Source: a virus
Virus record (IMG/VR): IMGVR_UViG_3300045988_065855
Coordinates: 1 to 45,727 of that record
Reading direction: 5' to 3' (one strand)
Length of the DNA: 45,727 nucleotides
This document shows, one piece after another, positions 15,052 to 25,300 of the stretch (the first letter of the stretch is position 1; every line of letters starts with the position of its first letter). The notes beneath the pieces were generated by a model. That model was not told the origin of the DNA. It saw only the letters and a list, made by a program, of their open reading frames with translations, and searched no databases. Both the position numbers and the translations under genes were made by a program.

Positions 15052-15264
15052 TTACGCGCCCCTGTCCTCGTGGTCGATACCCAGCAGGTAATCAGCCGAA
15101 CATCCAAGCATCCGCGCCATTAAGATAATCTTCGAACACGGAATATCTGTTTTGCTGTTCTGCCAGTTTCCATAAGTCTTTGCGGTAACTCCGATCGGCT
15201 TTACGAACTCCTCACGGGTTAAGCCTCTGCGGCCGCGTTCCGCCTCAATATTCGGAAATCGCAT
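15052..15264 (-). CDS. Cro-like XRE-family HTH regulator (70 aa)
   Basis: HTH_XRE pattern GLTREEFVKPIGVTAKTYGNWQNSKTDIP...ARMLGCSADYLLG. Divergent from the cI-like gene. Confidence 0.85.
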   Translation of the reverse strand: MRFPNIEAERGRRGLTREEFVKPIGVTAKTYGNWQNSKTDIPCSKIILMARMLGCSADYLLGIDHEDRGA

Positions 15265-15283
15265 TTTTTCATCACCTCCCGGT

Positions 15284-15413
15284 ATTCGTGTTTCACGAAT
15301 ATCATGGTTATAGTATATTCTTGTTTCTCGAATATGTCAAGAGAAAAACGGAAAATAATTTACGTGTTTTTCGAATATTGTTATTGACACCGCGCACGCA
15401 ACGAGCATATAAT
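15284..15413. promoter_or_regulatory. Genetic switch: three 16-bp operators and two divergent near-consensus promoters
   Basis: Operators C(G/T)TGTTT(C/T)(A/T)CGAATAT at 15287, 15320 and 15363. Rightward promoter: TTGACA 15384-89, 18 nt, TATAAT 15408-13. Leftward promoter: TTGACA (15340-35), 17 nt, TATACT (15317-12). Confidence 0.8.
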
Positions 15414-15439
15414 AAAGACAAGCAGGAAGGGGTGAAAAT

Positions 15440-15838
15440 ATGAATTACGACCGTATAAAAAAATTGCGCGAAAGCACGGGCATGAGTGCACGAAAATTTG
15501 CAGAAGCCATAGATATGAAATACACAACATACTATGGGTATGAAAACGGAGTAAGCGAACCGAACTCAGCTGTAATTGTTAAATTGTGCAGTTATTTCGG
15601 CTGTACCGCAGATTACTTGCTCGGTCTTGTCGACGAACCCTCGTCTCTTTACGAGAGCAAAAAAAAATCCCCCGCTCCGGCCGAAGCCGAAACAGGGGAA
15701 GTAACAAGAGAAATGTCTATCCAGTTGTTAAAGGCGCTCGGACTGCTCGATAAGTCCGGCAACCTTTCCGACGATGATCTCGCGTTTCTCGGTTACATTG
15801 TCGGACTGCTCGAATGGCGGTTCGGCGATCATTCTTAG
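15440..15838 (+). CDS. CI-like XRE-family repressor (132 aa)
   Basis: N-terminal HTH_XRE (MSARKFAEAIDMKYTTYYGYENG...CTADYLLG) plus a C-terminal extension. Same orientation as the integrase. Confidence 0.85.
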   Translation: MNYDRIKKLRESTGMSARKFAEAIDMKYTTYYGYENGVSEPNSAVIVKLCSYFGCTADYLLGLVDEPSSLYESKKKSPAPAEAETGEVTREMSIQLLKALGLLDKSGNLSDDDLAFLGYIVGLLEWRFGDHS

Positions 15839-16069
15839 CGCATTGTAAATGCGCAGCGGGTTTGTGCATGAATTGAGCATTGCGGTGAATTTGTCGATAT
15901 TGTCCATGATGTTTAATTCCTGCCTTTCCTGTTGTATGCGATTAGCTTACTCCCTAAATCCGGCGTAAGCTGTCGAAAGCGCCCGTCCGTAAGGTAATAA
16001 TACATCGAACGCTTGTTCGATGCAATACCCTTACACCTCGGGCAACAAAATAAGTCCAATATTTCGGAC

Positions 16070-16099
16070 AAAAAAAGAACCGCTCAATTCGAACGGTTC
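16070..16099 (-). terminator. Intrinsic terminator of the antirepressor gene
   Basis: GAACCG/CGGTTC stem overlapping the stop codon, followed on the - strand by a T7 run. Confidence 0.6.
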
Positions 16100-16797
16100 T
16101 CTTCTCCCAGAAGCCTGTTAATGAAATACTGCTGACCCTTACCGGTCACTTTCGGCGTTTTGTTTACGCTGATATGGCCGTCGGAGTGCGTGACGCTGGT
16201 TTCCTTGACCTCGAACAAACCGAGCTCCATGCTGCGCTGTGTGGGCATGTTGTAATCCGTGCCCTGTCTGCGCACCAGATAGCCGTTGTCGCGCATCCAT
16301 GCAAACAGCCGCTTGCCGCCCATGTCAACGCCGTTCTGCTTGACGATCTTCGCGAGGTCGAAAATCAGAATGGACGTGTGCGACGCCGCGACGCTGTCCG
16401 CGAAAAGCACCTTGGGCGCGTCCTGCTCGATCTTCTCCGAGAGCGTGTGAATGCGCTTGTGTGCGATCTGCAAGGCGCGAGCCATGACTTTTTCCGGGCT
16501 GTTCCAGTCGCGTTCCAGCTGCAAGAAATACTGACGCGCCTGCTTGCCCTTGTCGTTGCGCTGAAGCATGCAAAGCTCCTTCGCCATGTCGATGGTGATC
16601 TCGGCATCCTGCGCCGGACGGCCACCGGAACTTTCGGTCAAAAATGTCCGAAAGTCTTTTCCTTCTTCAAAGCCGTATTCACACATGCGCGGGAACCAGT
16701 GGCGGAAATCCGCGCCGACTTCCAGAAAGTCGTGCAGTTCACGTGCCGATACAGTCGGCTGTTCGTTGTCGTAATTTACAGTAATGAGTTCGTTCAT
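16084..16797 (-). CDS. Phage antirepressor (Ant N-terminal domain plus KilA-C/ANT C-terminal domain, 237 aa)
   Basis: TVSARELHDFLEV..DFRHWFPRMCEYGFEEGKDF and APKVLFADSVAASHTSILIFDLAKIV...LFAWMRDNGYL match antirepressor domain patterns. Confidence 0.8.
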   Translation of the reverse strand: MNELITVNYDNEQPTVSARELHDFLEVGADFRHWFPRMCEYGFEEGKDFRTFLTESSGGRPAQDAEITIDMAKELCMLQRNDKGKQARQYFLQLERDWNSPEKVMARALQIAHKRIHTLSEKIEQDAPKVLFADSVAASHTSILIFDLAKIVKQNGVDMGGKRLFAWMRDNGYLVRRQGTDYNMPTQRSMELGLFEVKETSVTHSDGHISVNKTPKVTGKGQQYFINRLLGEENRSN

Positions 16798-17085
16798 GAT
16801 AACCTCGCTTTCCGTTAAGTGGAAAGGAGCGGCGGGAGCATACCCCGCCATGCATAACTCCAATGCCTGCCCCGTTTCGGGGTGAGCATGCTCTGCTGTA
16901 GCTACAGGAAATATGTTAACAGGCGCATTATGGAAAGTAAATCAGAAACTTGCTGAATTTTTCAGCGCGGTTTTGCGTTTTCAGAACTTTTTCGGCTTTT
17001 AAAACTTCCTAAGAGTGCAAATTTTACCGCCCGAAATCGTAACGCAAAACTGCACAAAACGATGTTCAAAAAGGAGGAAAAAAGA

Positions 17086-17778
17086 ATGAAAAAAAGATTG
17101 GTAGCCGCAGCGGCGATGATGGCTGTCTTTGTTACAAGTACAGCCGCCGCCACCGCTTATAAAAGGTCGATTACCGCCGAATACGGAATTAAAGTGGAGA
17201 TTGACGGTCAGCAGACTGTTTTGACAGACGCAAACGGAAAGACCGTTGAACCATTCACCTATAACGGTACGACTTATGTTCCCATTCGTGCCGTTGCCGA
17301 AAACCTCGGTTGTTACGTCGGCTATGATGCAAGCACGCAGACCGCCATTGTCGATAACGATGCAATGGAAGCTGTCACAGTTGCACACAAAATCACAGTT
17401 GCGAGTGACGCGCTGATGATGGACATTGAACTCCTTTATTCCAAGTGTGATATGTATAGTGGTGGTTATGTTACCGCTCAGGACGCATCGTCGTCGATTG
17501 CAAACCTGTCGAGCAATATCGAAGGGAATTTTAATTACGCAAGCGCCGCATACATAGAAGCGCAGGACAATGAAAACACATATCTTGGAGAGTTAAAAGC
17601 CGCTTATACGAAGTTTCAGAAAGAATATGCCATTGCGGTTGACGCCGTATCGAGTGCAAAAAACTATGTGTCGACCAGAAACTCCCAGTACATCATAGAA
17701 GTAAACGAAGCTATGAGAACTTTTTCTTACTCGTCTGCAAGCATGGCGAATAAATTCATTGACGATATGTGGGCATAA
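17086..17778 (+). CDS. Secreted protein with a copper-amine-oxidase-N-like (stalk) domain (230 aa); lysogeny-module moron
   Basis: Signal peptide MKKRLVAAAAMMAVFVTSTAAATA. GTTYVPIRAVAENLG motif. SD AAGGAGG. Confidence 0.7.
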   Translation: MKKRLVAAAAMMAVFVTSTAAATAYKRSITAEYGIKVEIDGQQTVLTDANGKTVEPFTYNGTTYVPIRAVAENLGCYVGYDASTQTAIVDNDAMEAVTVAHKITVASDALMMDIELLYSKCDMYSGGYVTAQDASSSIANLSSNIEGNFNYASAAYIEAQDNENTYLGELKAAYTKFQKEYAIAVDAVSSAKNYVSTRNSQYIIEVNEAMRTFSYSSASMANKFIDDMWA

Positions 17779-17785
17779 ATAAAGC

Positions 17786-17824
17786 AAAAAAACCGCCCAC
17801 CGGAGGGCAATCCGGCAGGCGGTT
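17786..17824 (-). terminator. Hairpin with a T-run on the - strand (insulates int antisense read-through)
   Basis: AACCGCC...GGCGGTT outer stem with CCGG/CCGG inner stem. The A7 run on the + strand reads as T7 after the stem on the - strand. Confidence 0.5.
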
Positions 17825-17825
17825 C

Positions 17826-17866
17826 GAGGGTAGTACATTTGAGGAACGTTACTACCCTCTTATTAT
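17826..17866 (+). terminator. Hairpin and T-rich tail after the secreted-protein gene
   Basis: Perfect 10-bp stem GAGGGTAGTA / TACTACCCTC (17826-35 / 17850-59) followed by TTATTATA. Confidence 0.45.
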
Positions 17867-17891
17867 ACGACAAAATAGGAGGTTTTGCAAC

Positions 17892-18977
17892 ATGAAAAAA
17901 GCGAACACATCCGACGGATATTTCCGCGAGACGTTCACGTATCAGGGTAAGCGTTATTCTGTCCGCGCCAAGACAGAACGCGAACTCTGGCGGAAAGTTG
18001 ACGAGAAAAAACGCCGTCTTGAAGAAGGTGTAGACGTGGTGAACGAGAACACGAGAGCCGAAAAGTGGTTCACGGACTACATCGAGACTTACAAAAAGCC
18101 GAAGGTGCAGCCGACCACCTATTCCGACCTGTGCGGTTATATCAAGAACTACATCGCGCCGGAGATTGGTTCCATGCGGCTGAAAGAGGTTCGCGCCGTG
18201 CACTTGCAGCGCATTATGAACAGCGTTGCAGGCCGTTCCGCGTCCATGGCGTGCAAGCTGCGCGATCTTATCAAAGGCGCGTTCCGGCAGGCGCGTATTG
18301 ACCGTGTAATCGTTTACGACCCCTCAGAGGCACTGGTTATGCCGGAGACCAAAAACGGCACGCACAGGGCGATTACAGCCGAAGAGCGCCAGCATATTCT
18401 GCACGTTGCCGAGACGCACCGCGCCGGTCTCTGGGTGCTGTTCATGCTGTACACCGGTGCACGCCCGGACGAGACCAGGAAAGCGACATGGGACGATGTT
18501 CGCCGGAACGAACAAAAGATCATCCTGCACTCATCAAAGACGGATTTCGGTGACAGAGCCGTTCCCCTGCATCCGGCGCTTGCTCCTCTGCTGACCGGCG
18601 GCAAAGGTTACATCTTCACGCAGCCGACCACCGGCAAGCCGCACACAAAGCATTCCATGCGCCGCATGTGGGAGAGTTTCAAACGCGCCGTAGACATCGA
18701 CATGGGAGCACGCACTTTCAAAGGCGGTGTTATCCCGGAGACTTCAAAGGTAGCCGTGGACCTCACGCCCTACTGCTTGCGTCACACCTACGCAACCGAC
18801 CTGCAAACGGCAGGCGTGCCGATCAACGTTGCAAAGGACCTGCTGGGGCACAAGGAGATTTCGATGACAGCGCGTGTTTACACCCACCTGTCTGAGGAGG
18901 CGTTCGCCGCAGCGGTAGACAAGGTGGTTGCGCTGGACACCGCACGTCGCAGCGGAAAGATAGCCCAAATCAGGTGA
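17892..18977 (+). CDS. int: Tyrosine recombinase / phage integrase (361 aa)
   Basis: ATG 17892 with SD AGGAGG. C-terminal LRHTYATDLQTAGVPINVAKDLLGHKEISMTARVYTHL carries the H-x-x-R ... H ... Y catalytic pattern. Confidence 0.9.
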   Translation: MKKANTSDGYFRETFTYQGKRYSVRAKTERELWRKVDEKKRRLEEGVDVVNENTRAEKWFTDYIETYKKPKVQPTTYSDLCGYIKNYIAPEIGSMRLKEVRAVHLQRIMNSVAGRSASMACKLRDLIKGAFRQARIDRVIVYDPSEALVMPETKNGTHRAITAEERQHILHVAETHRAGLWVLFMLYTGARPDETRKATWDDVRRNEQKIILHSSKTDFGDRAVPLHPALAPLLTGGKGYIFTQPTTGKPHTKHSMRRMWESFKRAVDIDMGARTFKGGVIPETSKVAVDLTPYCLRHTYATDLQTAGVPINVAKDLLGHKEISMTARVYTHLSEEAFAAAVDKVVALDTARRSGKIAQIR

Positions 18978-18993
18978 CACAGTAGGTGACACA
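18972..18993 (+). repeat. Two direct AGGTGACACA repeats (candidate integrase arm-type sites, P arm)
   Basis: Identical 10-mers at 18972-18981 and 18984-18993, overlapping the int stop codon. Confidence 0.6.
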
Positions 18994-19131
18994 TCTAACA
19001 CCCCCAAAAACCCCTAAAAAACCGCATTCCGGCGAATAAAGTCGAAATCAGCAAAACCGAGTATCGGAACATTCACAGCCGGAATAAAAGAAAAAGTCCC
19101 ACAAACAAAGCTGTTTACGGAACTTTTCGTC

Positions 19132-19180
19132 TGGTCCGAGTGACAGGATTCGAACCTGCGGCATCCTGCTCCCAAAGCAG
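19132..19180 (-). other. attP core candidate: 3' ~49 nt of a tRNA-Pro(UGG) (anticodon arm, variable loop, T arm, acceptor 3' strand, CCA)
   Basis: The - strand reads CTGC-TTTGGGA-GCAGG-ATGCC-GCAGG-TTCGAAT-CCTGT-CACTCGG-A-CCA. There is no D arm upstream. It lies 155 nt from the int stop. Confidence 0.7.
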
Positions 19181-19233
19181 CAGCACATTCCTCAAAAGTC
19201 ACCGTATATCTAACGATTTTGGCACTCGGATTT

Positions 19234-19265
19234 ACAAGTGGCACACCAAGTGACACATCACTTGT
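19234..19265 (+). repeat. AAGTGGCACAC / AAGTGACACA direct repeats inside a 7-bp inverted repeat (candidate P' arm sites)
   Basis: GTG(A/G)CACA boxes at 19238 and 19250 in the same orientation as the P-arm pair. ACAAGTG (19234-40) pairs with CACTTGT (19259-65). Confidence 0.5.
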
Positions 19266-19372
19266 AAATTGCATTTTCCCGCATTTATTTGCCGTCATTA
19301 TACCACAAGGCACATATAATGACAGCCATTACTACTCTATACAAAAATGCTTTTACATATAGAACATGAGAA

Positions 19373-19396
19373 AAGGGAGGGCAAACGCCCTCCCTT
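19373..19396 (-). terminator. Intrinsic terminator ending the late/post-lysis operon
   Basis: Perfect 10-bp stem AAGGGAGGGC / GCCCTCCCTT with a 4-nt loop, followed by TTTCTC on the - strand, 4 nt after the stop of the 2203-aa gene. Confidence 0.75.
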
Positions 19397-19399
19397 CTC

Positions 19400-22300
19400 T
19401 TATCCGCCGTATCCCGGAATAACCGTTCTCGGGTCAATGCTCTGTCCGTTTTTATGCACTCTCAAATGCAGATGCGGACCGGAGCTGTTGCCAGTCGAGC
19501 CGATGACGCCGACCTGCTGACCGGCACTGATCGTGTCTCCCTGCTTAACCGTAGCCTTCTGCAAGTGGCCGTACAGCGAGGTGTAGCCGTTGCCGTGATC
19601 TACTACAACATAGTTGCCGTAGCCGTTCTCATCGTAGCCGACCTCAGTAACCTTGCCGCCGCCGATACTGTCCGCCGCCTGTCCGTTCACACTGCCGCCG
19701 ATGTCGATACCGTCGTGCTGTTTGCTTCCCTTGCCCTTGTTCGTCGTAGGTGCAGTTCTGCTGCCGTAGCCGCTCGTGATAACCGCGTCGGAAACCTTCG
19801 TCGGGTTGCTGAAACCAGTTGCGCGATTGACGGAAATGCCGGTATCGCCCTTCTTGTCCTCCGGCAGCTTGCCGCCGCCGCTATAAAGGTTTTCGAACTT
19901 CTTTCTTCCGAGAGCACTCATGATTGCCGCGAACTGTTCATAGTTATCGACATTCTGAGAAACGATTTTCGCCTGTGCTTCCTTCTTCGCATTGCTTTTG
20001 CCTGCTTCGTAATCTACGCCGCTTTTCAGCGCGTTTGCAAGCATTTTAATCTGCATATACTGAGTAGCAGATATGCCGGAGCTTTCCACAGCGCCGATGG
20101 TATCTTTTTCGGTTGCGCTTCCATCGGTTCGTATCATATCAAACGTGTACTTCTCAGGCTTTGCTCGGTTCATCGAGTAGAAACCGAAGCTGTCTTCAAG
20201 CGCTGCGCGTTTTTCAGCCGAATATCCCTTCATATCGAGCCATTGAGAGAACTCGGTTGCCTCCATGGTCGCTTTATCGCTCCCCTTCTCATCAGCTAAT
20301 GTATCGTCAGCAACGCCCTTGATATACTGCGACTGGATCATCGCATCAACATACTCTTCCGCTGTTACCTTATCACTGATTTCGGTGTAATTTTCCCAGC
20401 GGCTATCCGAAACACCCTTGATAAGCAGCGTGTGATACAGGCTGTTCTTCTCCTGCTCAGAAAGCGACTTGTCGCCCTTGATGGAGTTGAACGTCTGGTC
20501 TCGCGCTTCCCAGCTTTCCATACTGTCGTTATAGCTGTCCTCCATCTCCTTGTAGGCGTAGTAAAGACCCGGCTCGATGCCGCTGTCCTTGACGGTCTGG
20601 ATCGTGCCCTCAAGCTCCTTGCCATACGTCTTGTTCGCCGCGACTGCCTTTGCGTACTTGTACACATCGGATACCGCCTCGATCTTCTCGTCGTTGGTCA
20701 TGCCCTTGTACGCCTCGGATTTGGTCAGCTTGCCGAGCGCATCCAGTGCAATCTTGCCGCCCTCGCTTGTCAGCGCGGAATACTCCTGCGCAGTGAGGAA
20801 CTTCTTCGTGCCTTTCTCAGTCTTGTAATACTTCTGCGGCTTGCTTGGCAATACAGAGCTGTCGCCGGTTGCCTGATACAGCTCCTTGAGCGCCTTTTCG
20901 GTCTGCGTGCTCTTTGCGTCTGCCAGATATCCCGGCGAAAAGAAGTTGTACGCCGCGCGTGCGAACACGTTGTCCGGCCCGTTCTTCTGTTCTCTGCCCC
21001 ATACATCCGTATATGCAGGCTGATACTGCGACAGTCCCGGGATTTTGTTCGCCTGCCGCTGTAAGAACTTCTGCACGCTCGACGGAACAGGACTGTTCTT
21101 GTCCGCATAGGTGGTTCTGCGCGTGTTGTCCACCGTCCGCGCAATCTGACCGAACAGCGTCGGCACGAACTGACCGCCAAAGTTGGTTGCAACGTTGCTT
21201 GCAATGCCAAACAGCGGATTGCTCTTGTTGTATGCCGCGCTCGTAACCGTCGAGCCAATGCCGGACAGCATCGTCATGTTGAGCATCGGGTCGAACATAC
21301 GGCTGACCGTTGCCATTGCCTGATTGAATGCCGTCTCGTCGTCGTCGTACTTCTGGTGCAGTGCTTCATACAGTTCGCCGCCCATCGCAAGCGGCACAAC
21401 AGCCGGAGACGCCCAGTCGATGGTATACGACTTGCCGCCGATGTTGATTGCATACTCCTGCTGACCCATGCCCGCGTCAAGGTTTGCTTCCTTGTCGTCG
21501 TCGCTCGAGCCTGCCGAGAAAACGCCCTGTGCTGCAAGGAACGCGCCGAGCGCTGCAATGCCCGAGCCGGTAAGACCCTGTCCGATGTGGTCGATCATCT
21601 TGGTCGCGTCCATGTTGCCCTTCTTGACCTGCACCGCGTCATAGGTGATTGCTTTCAGCAGACCTACCGGCGACAGCTCAAACGAGCGCTTTGCAACGTT
21701 GATTGGCGTGCGCTTGAACGGCACAAGTGAGCCGATAGCAACGCCCCAACCTTTGTTTCTCTTTTCAAGTTGGCCGAGCGTGTCTGCCAATGCTGACGCA
21801 TCCTGAAACGTTGCAATCTTCGCGTCCTGAATCGCGTGCTGCCGCGCCTCGTTCAGCTGCGCTTCCGTCAGATTGTTCACGTCCCAGCCGCGTGCCGTCA
21901 GGAAGTTGCCCATGCTCTTGATGTAAGATCCCTTTTTGAACCAGCTATCTTCCACATCAAGTGCCCGGGTGTTCTTGTCCATCACCTTTTGCAGCGGCTT
22001 CGGGAACAGCTTCTGCCGCTGCTTAATTTCGCTCATTTCGGTTTTGTAGGCATTGCCGCTGAGTTCCGCCTCGACGTTTGCATAGTCCGCCTTTGCAAAC
22101 TCGTGTGCCGCCTTGTTCGTATGCAGCGCACGGGTCCGCTGACCCTGCGGCAAAAACTTCTGACCGGCCGCGGAAACCTTGTGGCTTGCGTCAAGAGCGA
22201 TAGCAGAGGCAACGTTACCCATGAAGTTGCGCACATGCGTGCGCGGATTGCCGAGCATCGCAAAATAGCGCCATGCGTTCACTATGTCTCCTGCTGTCTT

Positions 22301-25300
22301 GGGAATCTGCTGCGCAACGTCATTGTAAATCTTGTCTACGACTTTCGTTCTTGCTTCGTCCGTCTCCGCGTTCAAGAACTCCTGCACCAGATCCTCGTTC
22401 AGCTTAAGGCCGTACTGGTCCGCAATATCTTCCGCCGGAACACCCTGCTTTTTCGCAGCCTTGCCCGCCTGCTTATCAAACCGCGACTGATACTCCTGCT
22501 GAATCCGCTGTACAGCTTTCTGCAAATAGTAAAGCTGGCCTTCCGGCGTGGTCTTTTTCAGCAGCTTAAACGCATTTACACCGCGTCCGAGTGCCGTACC
22601 CTGTACCGCAAGATCACCCGCGAGCTTCATTGCCGTCTGCGTGTCGCCCGCTTCAACCGCCGCCGTGTACATCATCTGACCGAGTGCAATATCATCGTCC
22701 GTAACGGCTCTGCGGCCGTCCGTCACTTCCTCCCACTGGTCAAACGCGCCCTGCCATCCCTTCTTCTGAATGGTTTTCGTCGCACCGCCGAGTGTTTTTT
22801 TCAGCGACTTCACATCATGCGAAAACAGACCTTCCGCAACATGGTTCTCCAGTGCCGGAATGAGGCTTTCCGGTGTAACGCCGCTCTCCATGATCGTTCT
22901 TGCAACATTGCTTACCCTGTCCGTGCCGTTCGTGCTCTGCGGAACGTCAATCGTGCGCGCCGGGTTCATGCCCGGTTCAATCGCGCCGTAGTCACTCACC
23001 ATCTTGGAATACGGGTCAAAGCCGCCCTTCGCCGCGCCAACCGAGCTTTCCGCATTTACCCCCGCCTTTTTCAGCTCCGGGTTAATGTCGTTCGCCTGTG
23101 CGGTCTGCTGTGTTCCCAGAGCCGCGCCCTGTGCGTTCCCCTGCATCGGCTGTGTAATTTCCGCCGGGGCATTCTGCGCGGTCTCCTGCGCCGCCTGTGC
23201 CGCCGTGCGGAGCTTCGGGTTAATGTCCCGCAGCGGCGGATTGGCCTGCACCGCGCCCTGCTGAACGCCCTGTGCCGCATTGAGGTCGAGCGGCTGTGCC
23301 GTGTTGTTGATTTCCGCCGGGGAGACAATCGCGTTTCGTCCCGCGTTCGTCTCGCGGATGTCCTCTGTGCGCGTGCCGCCGCCCGTTGTTACTTCAAGGC
23401 CGTTCGGGGTCATTTTTGCGCCCGTGTACTTCGTGTCGCCGAGCGCGTCATAGGCCGCCTGAATGCTCTGCGCGATACCGTAATCGCGTGCAAGCTCCGG
23501 CGATACCCACGAGCCGCCACCCTGCATTAAATCGTGCTGAATGAACTGCTGCGCAATGTCCGCCGCTTCCGACTTGCGTGGCTTGCGTCCGTTCTTCTTG
23601 TAAAACTGCGAGTACCAGTCCTCGTTGTTGCTTGCGCGGTAGCCCGTTCCGTCGTCGTTTCGGATGATGGAGACGCCCTGACCCTTGTAATTGCGAACAT
23701 ATTCCTCCGCCGCCTTGCGCACGGTCTCCATTTCCTGCATCGTCGGGTCTACGATTTCGGTAATGTACTGCTTGATGGGAATGCCCGTCTTGTTCGAGTT
23801 ATCAATCAGCAGTTTGGCCCATTCCATGTCGGACTGATACATACCGCCGTTGTCGTTTTCGAGGTCGATAAACGGAATAGTCCGCGTGTTCGCCTCCATG
23901 CTGATCTTGGTCTTGGTGCTGCGTCCCTCTGGCAGATACCCGGTTGGAAGACTCTGTGCTACCTGTCCGTTCGGACCTGCATACAGTACGTTTCCGCTGT
24001 TCTGCGACGCTGTGAAATCGCCGCGCATATTGCCGTACAGCACATCCGGAGTCTGAACATCGTTGAACGCACGCAGATTGTTCGCCACGCCGCCGTTCGC
24101 GTTCGCGTACAGCGTGTTTGCCGTGCGCGTGTTGCCCTCAGGGAGTGCAAGCCGCTGACCGTTCGGCAGTGCATAGACCGGGTCTACCATATCGCGGTTT
24201 GCTTCCTCGGGAGAGGTGTAGACCGTGTTCGTATCCGTGCCGTATCGGTAGTCTGCAAGGCGGTTTGCTGCACCGCTCGCGCCCTGCATGAGCGCCGACA
24301 TGGCGATACCGCCCTTTGCGCTGTCGAGCAGCTCCTTTGCTGTCGCGTTCTGCGCGTTCGGGTTGTAAGTTGCCCGCTTGAGATAGGGATTGATGAACGT
24401 GCTCGCCGCTTCCTCTGCGCCCTCGCCCAGAATATCCGCCGCGCGTCCGAGAATGCCGTTTCCGGTCTTGATAACGCCCTCACCCATGCCCGGAATGCCG
24501 CTGAACATCTTTTCCGTGCCAAGTTCGGTAAGACCTGCGCCCGTGCCGTAAAGCATCGCCTGATCGAGCGTCGCGCCCTCCCTCTGCGCTTCATTCACGC
24601 CGCTTTTCGCGCTGTCGCCGTAGATCATGGCAAGGCTTGCGCCCGGCAGCGCCATGTTTGCTGCAATGCCCGGTGCCATGCGTGCCGCTGAGCCTGCAAA
24701 TTCCTGTCCCTTTTTCGCCATGCCGACAGGCTGAGCCCATTCATTTACCGCCTGCAAGGCCTTGTCTGAGAGACTGCCCTCTAACGTTTTCTGCGCCGTG
24801 TCCTTGAGGAACTGACCTGCTTTATCTTTGCCGATAAAGTCGAGGAAATCGCCTGCCGCCTTGTTCATCGTGCCGGAAACATAGCGTCCCGCATTCTCCA
24901 CCGCGCCCGTTGCATTCAGCAGCGTGTTTGCCACGCTGCTTCCCCACGACTTGGCCGCGCTCATTTTACTGAGTGCGTTGCTTTCGTCGTTCAGCCGCTT
25001 GTACAGCTGATAGATTGCCTGCGCCTGCTTTTTCTCGTCTGCCGACATTTTATCATACTGTGCGCTGCCGTTAATGCCTGCAATCGCAAGTTTCGGATGA
25101 GTTGCGAGGTGAGCGATAGCCGCCGCCTTGTCCGCCGTGTTCCGCCCCTGCACGTCCATGTTAATGAGGTAGGGGTACTGCTTCTGCATGCGCTCGATTT
25201 CGCTGTCGAGCTCGTCTACGCGCTGCTGACGCTGCGCCTGAGAGGTTGCCGCGCGGTTGAGCGCCGCGCCGCGGGCGATCTTGACAACAGGCATGGAAAC

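Noticed and set aside
15728-15907. 59-aa - strand ORF antisense to the 3' end of the cI-like gene
   Set aside because: It has only a weak AGGAA SD. It lies downstream of the antirepressor terminators with no promoter seen, and it overlaps the repressor C-terminus by ~110 nt. It may be a shadow ORF.
19132-19229. An intact 98-nt phage-encoded tRNA
   Set aside because: The acceptor halves are complementary, but the interval has no D arm (no GG-containing D loop, no U8) and is too long. It is interpreted as a 3' tRNA fragment (attP core). The 5' heptamer match remains unexplained.
19014-19313. 99-aa - strand ORF between int and the late terminator
   Set aside because: It covers the tRNA-Pro fragment and the arm repeats of attP. 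It has no SD and an implausible composition.
21836-24691. Long + strand ORFs (564 aa, 385 aa) antisense to the 2203-aa gene. Similar cases at 26057..27598, 34300..36126, 37069..38781 and 40516..41658.
   Set aside because: These are typical antisense shadow ORFs of GC-rich coding DNA. They are R/L/C/H-rich, lack an SD, and are fully contained within well-supported - strand genes.
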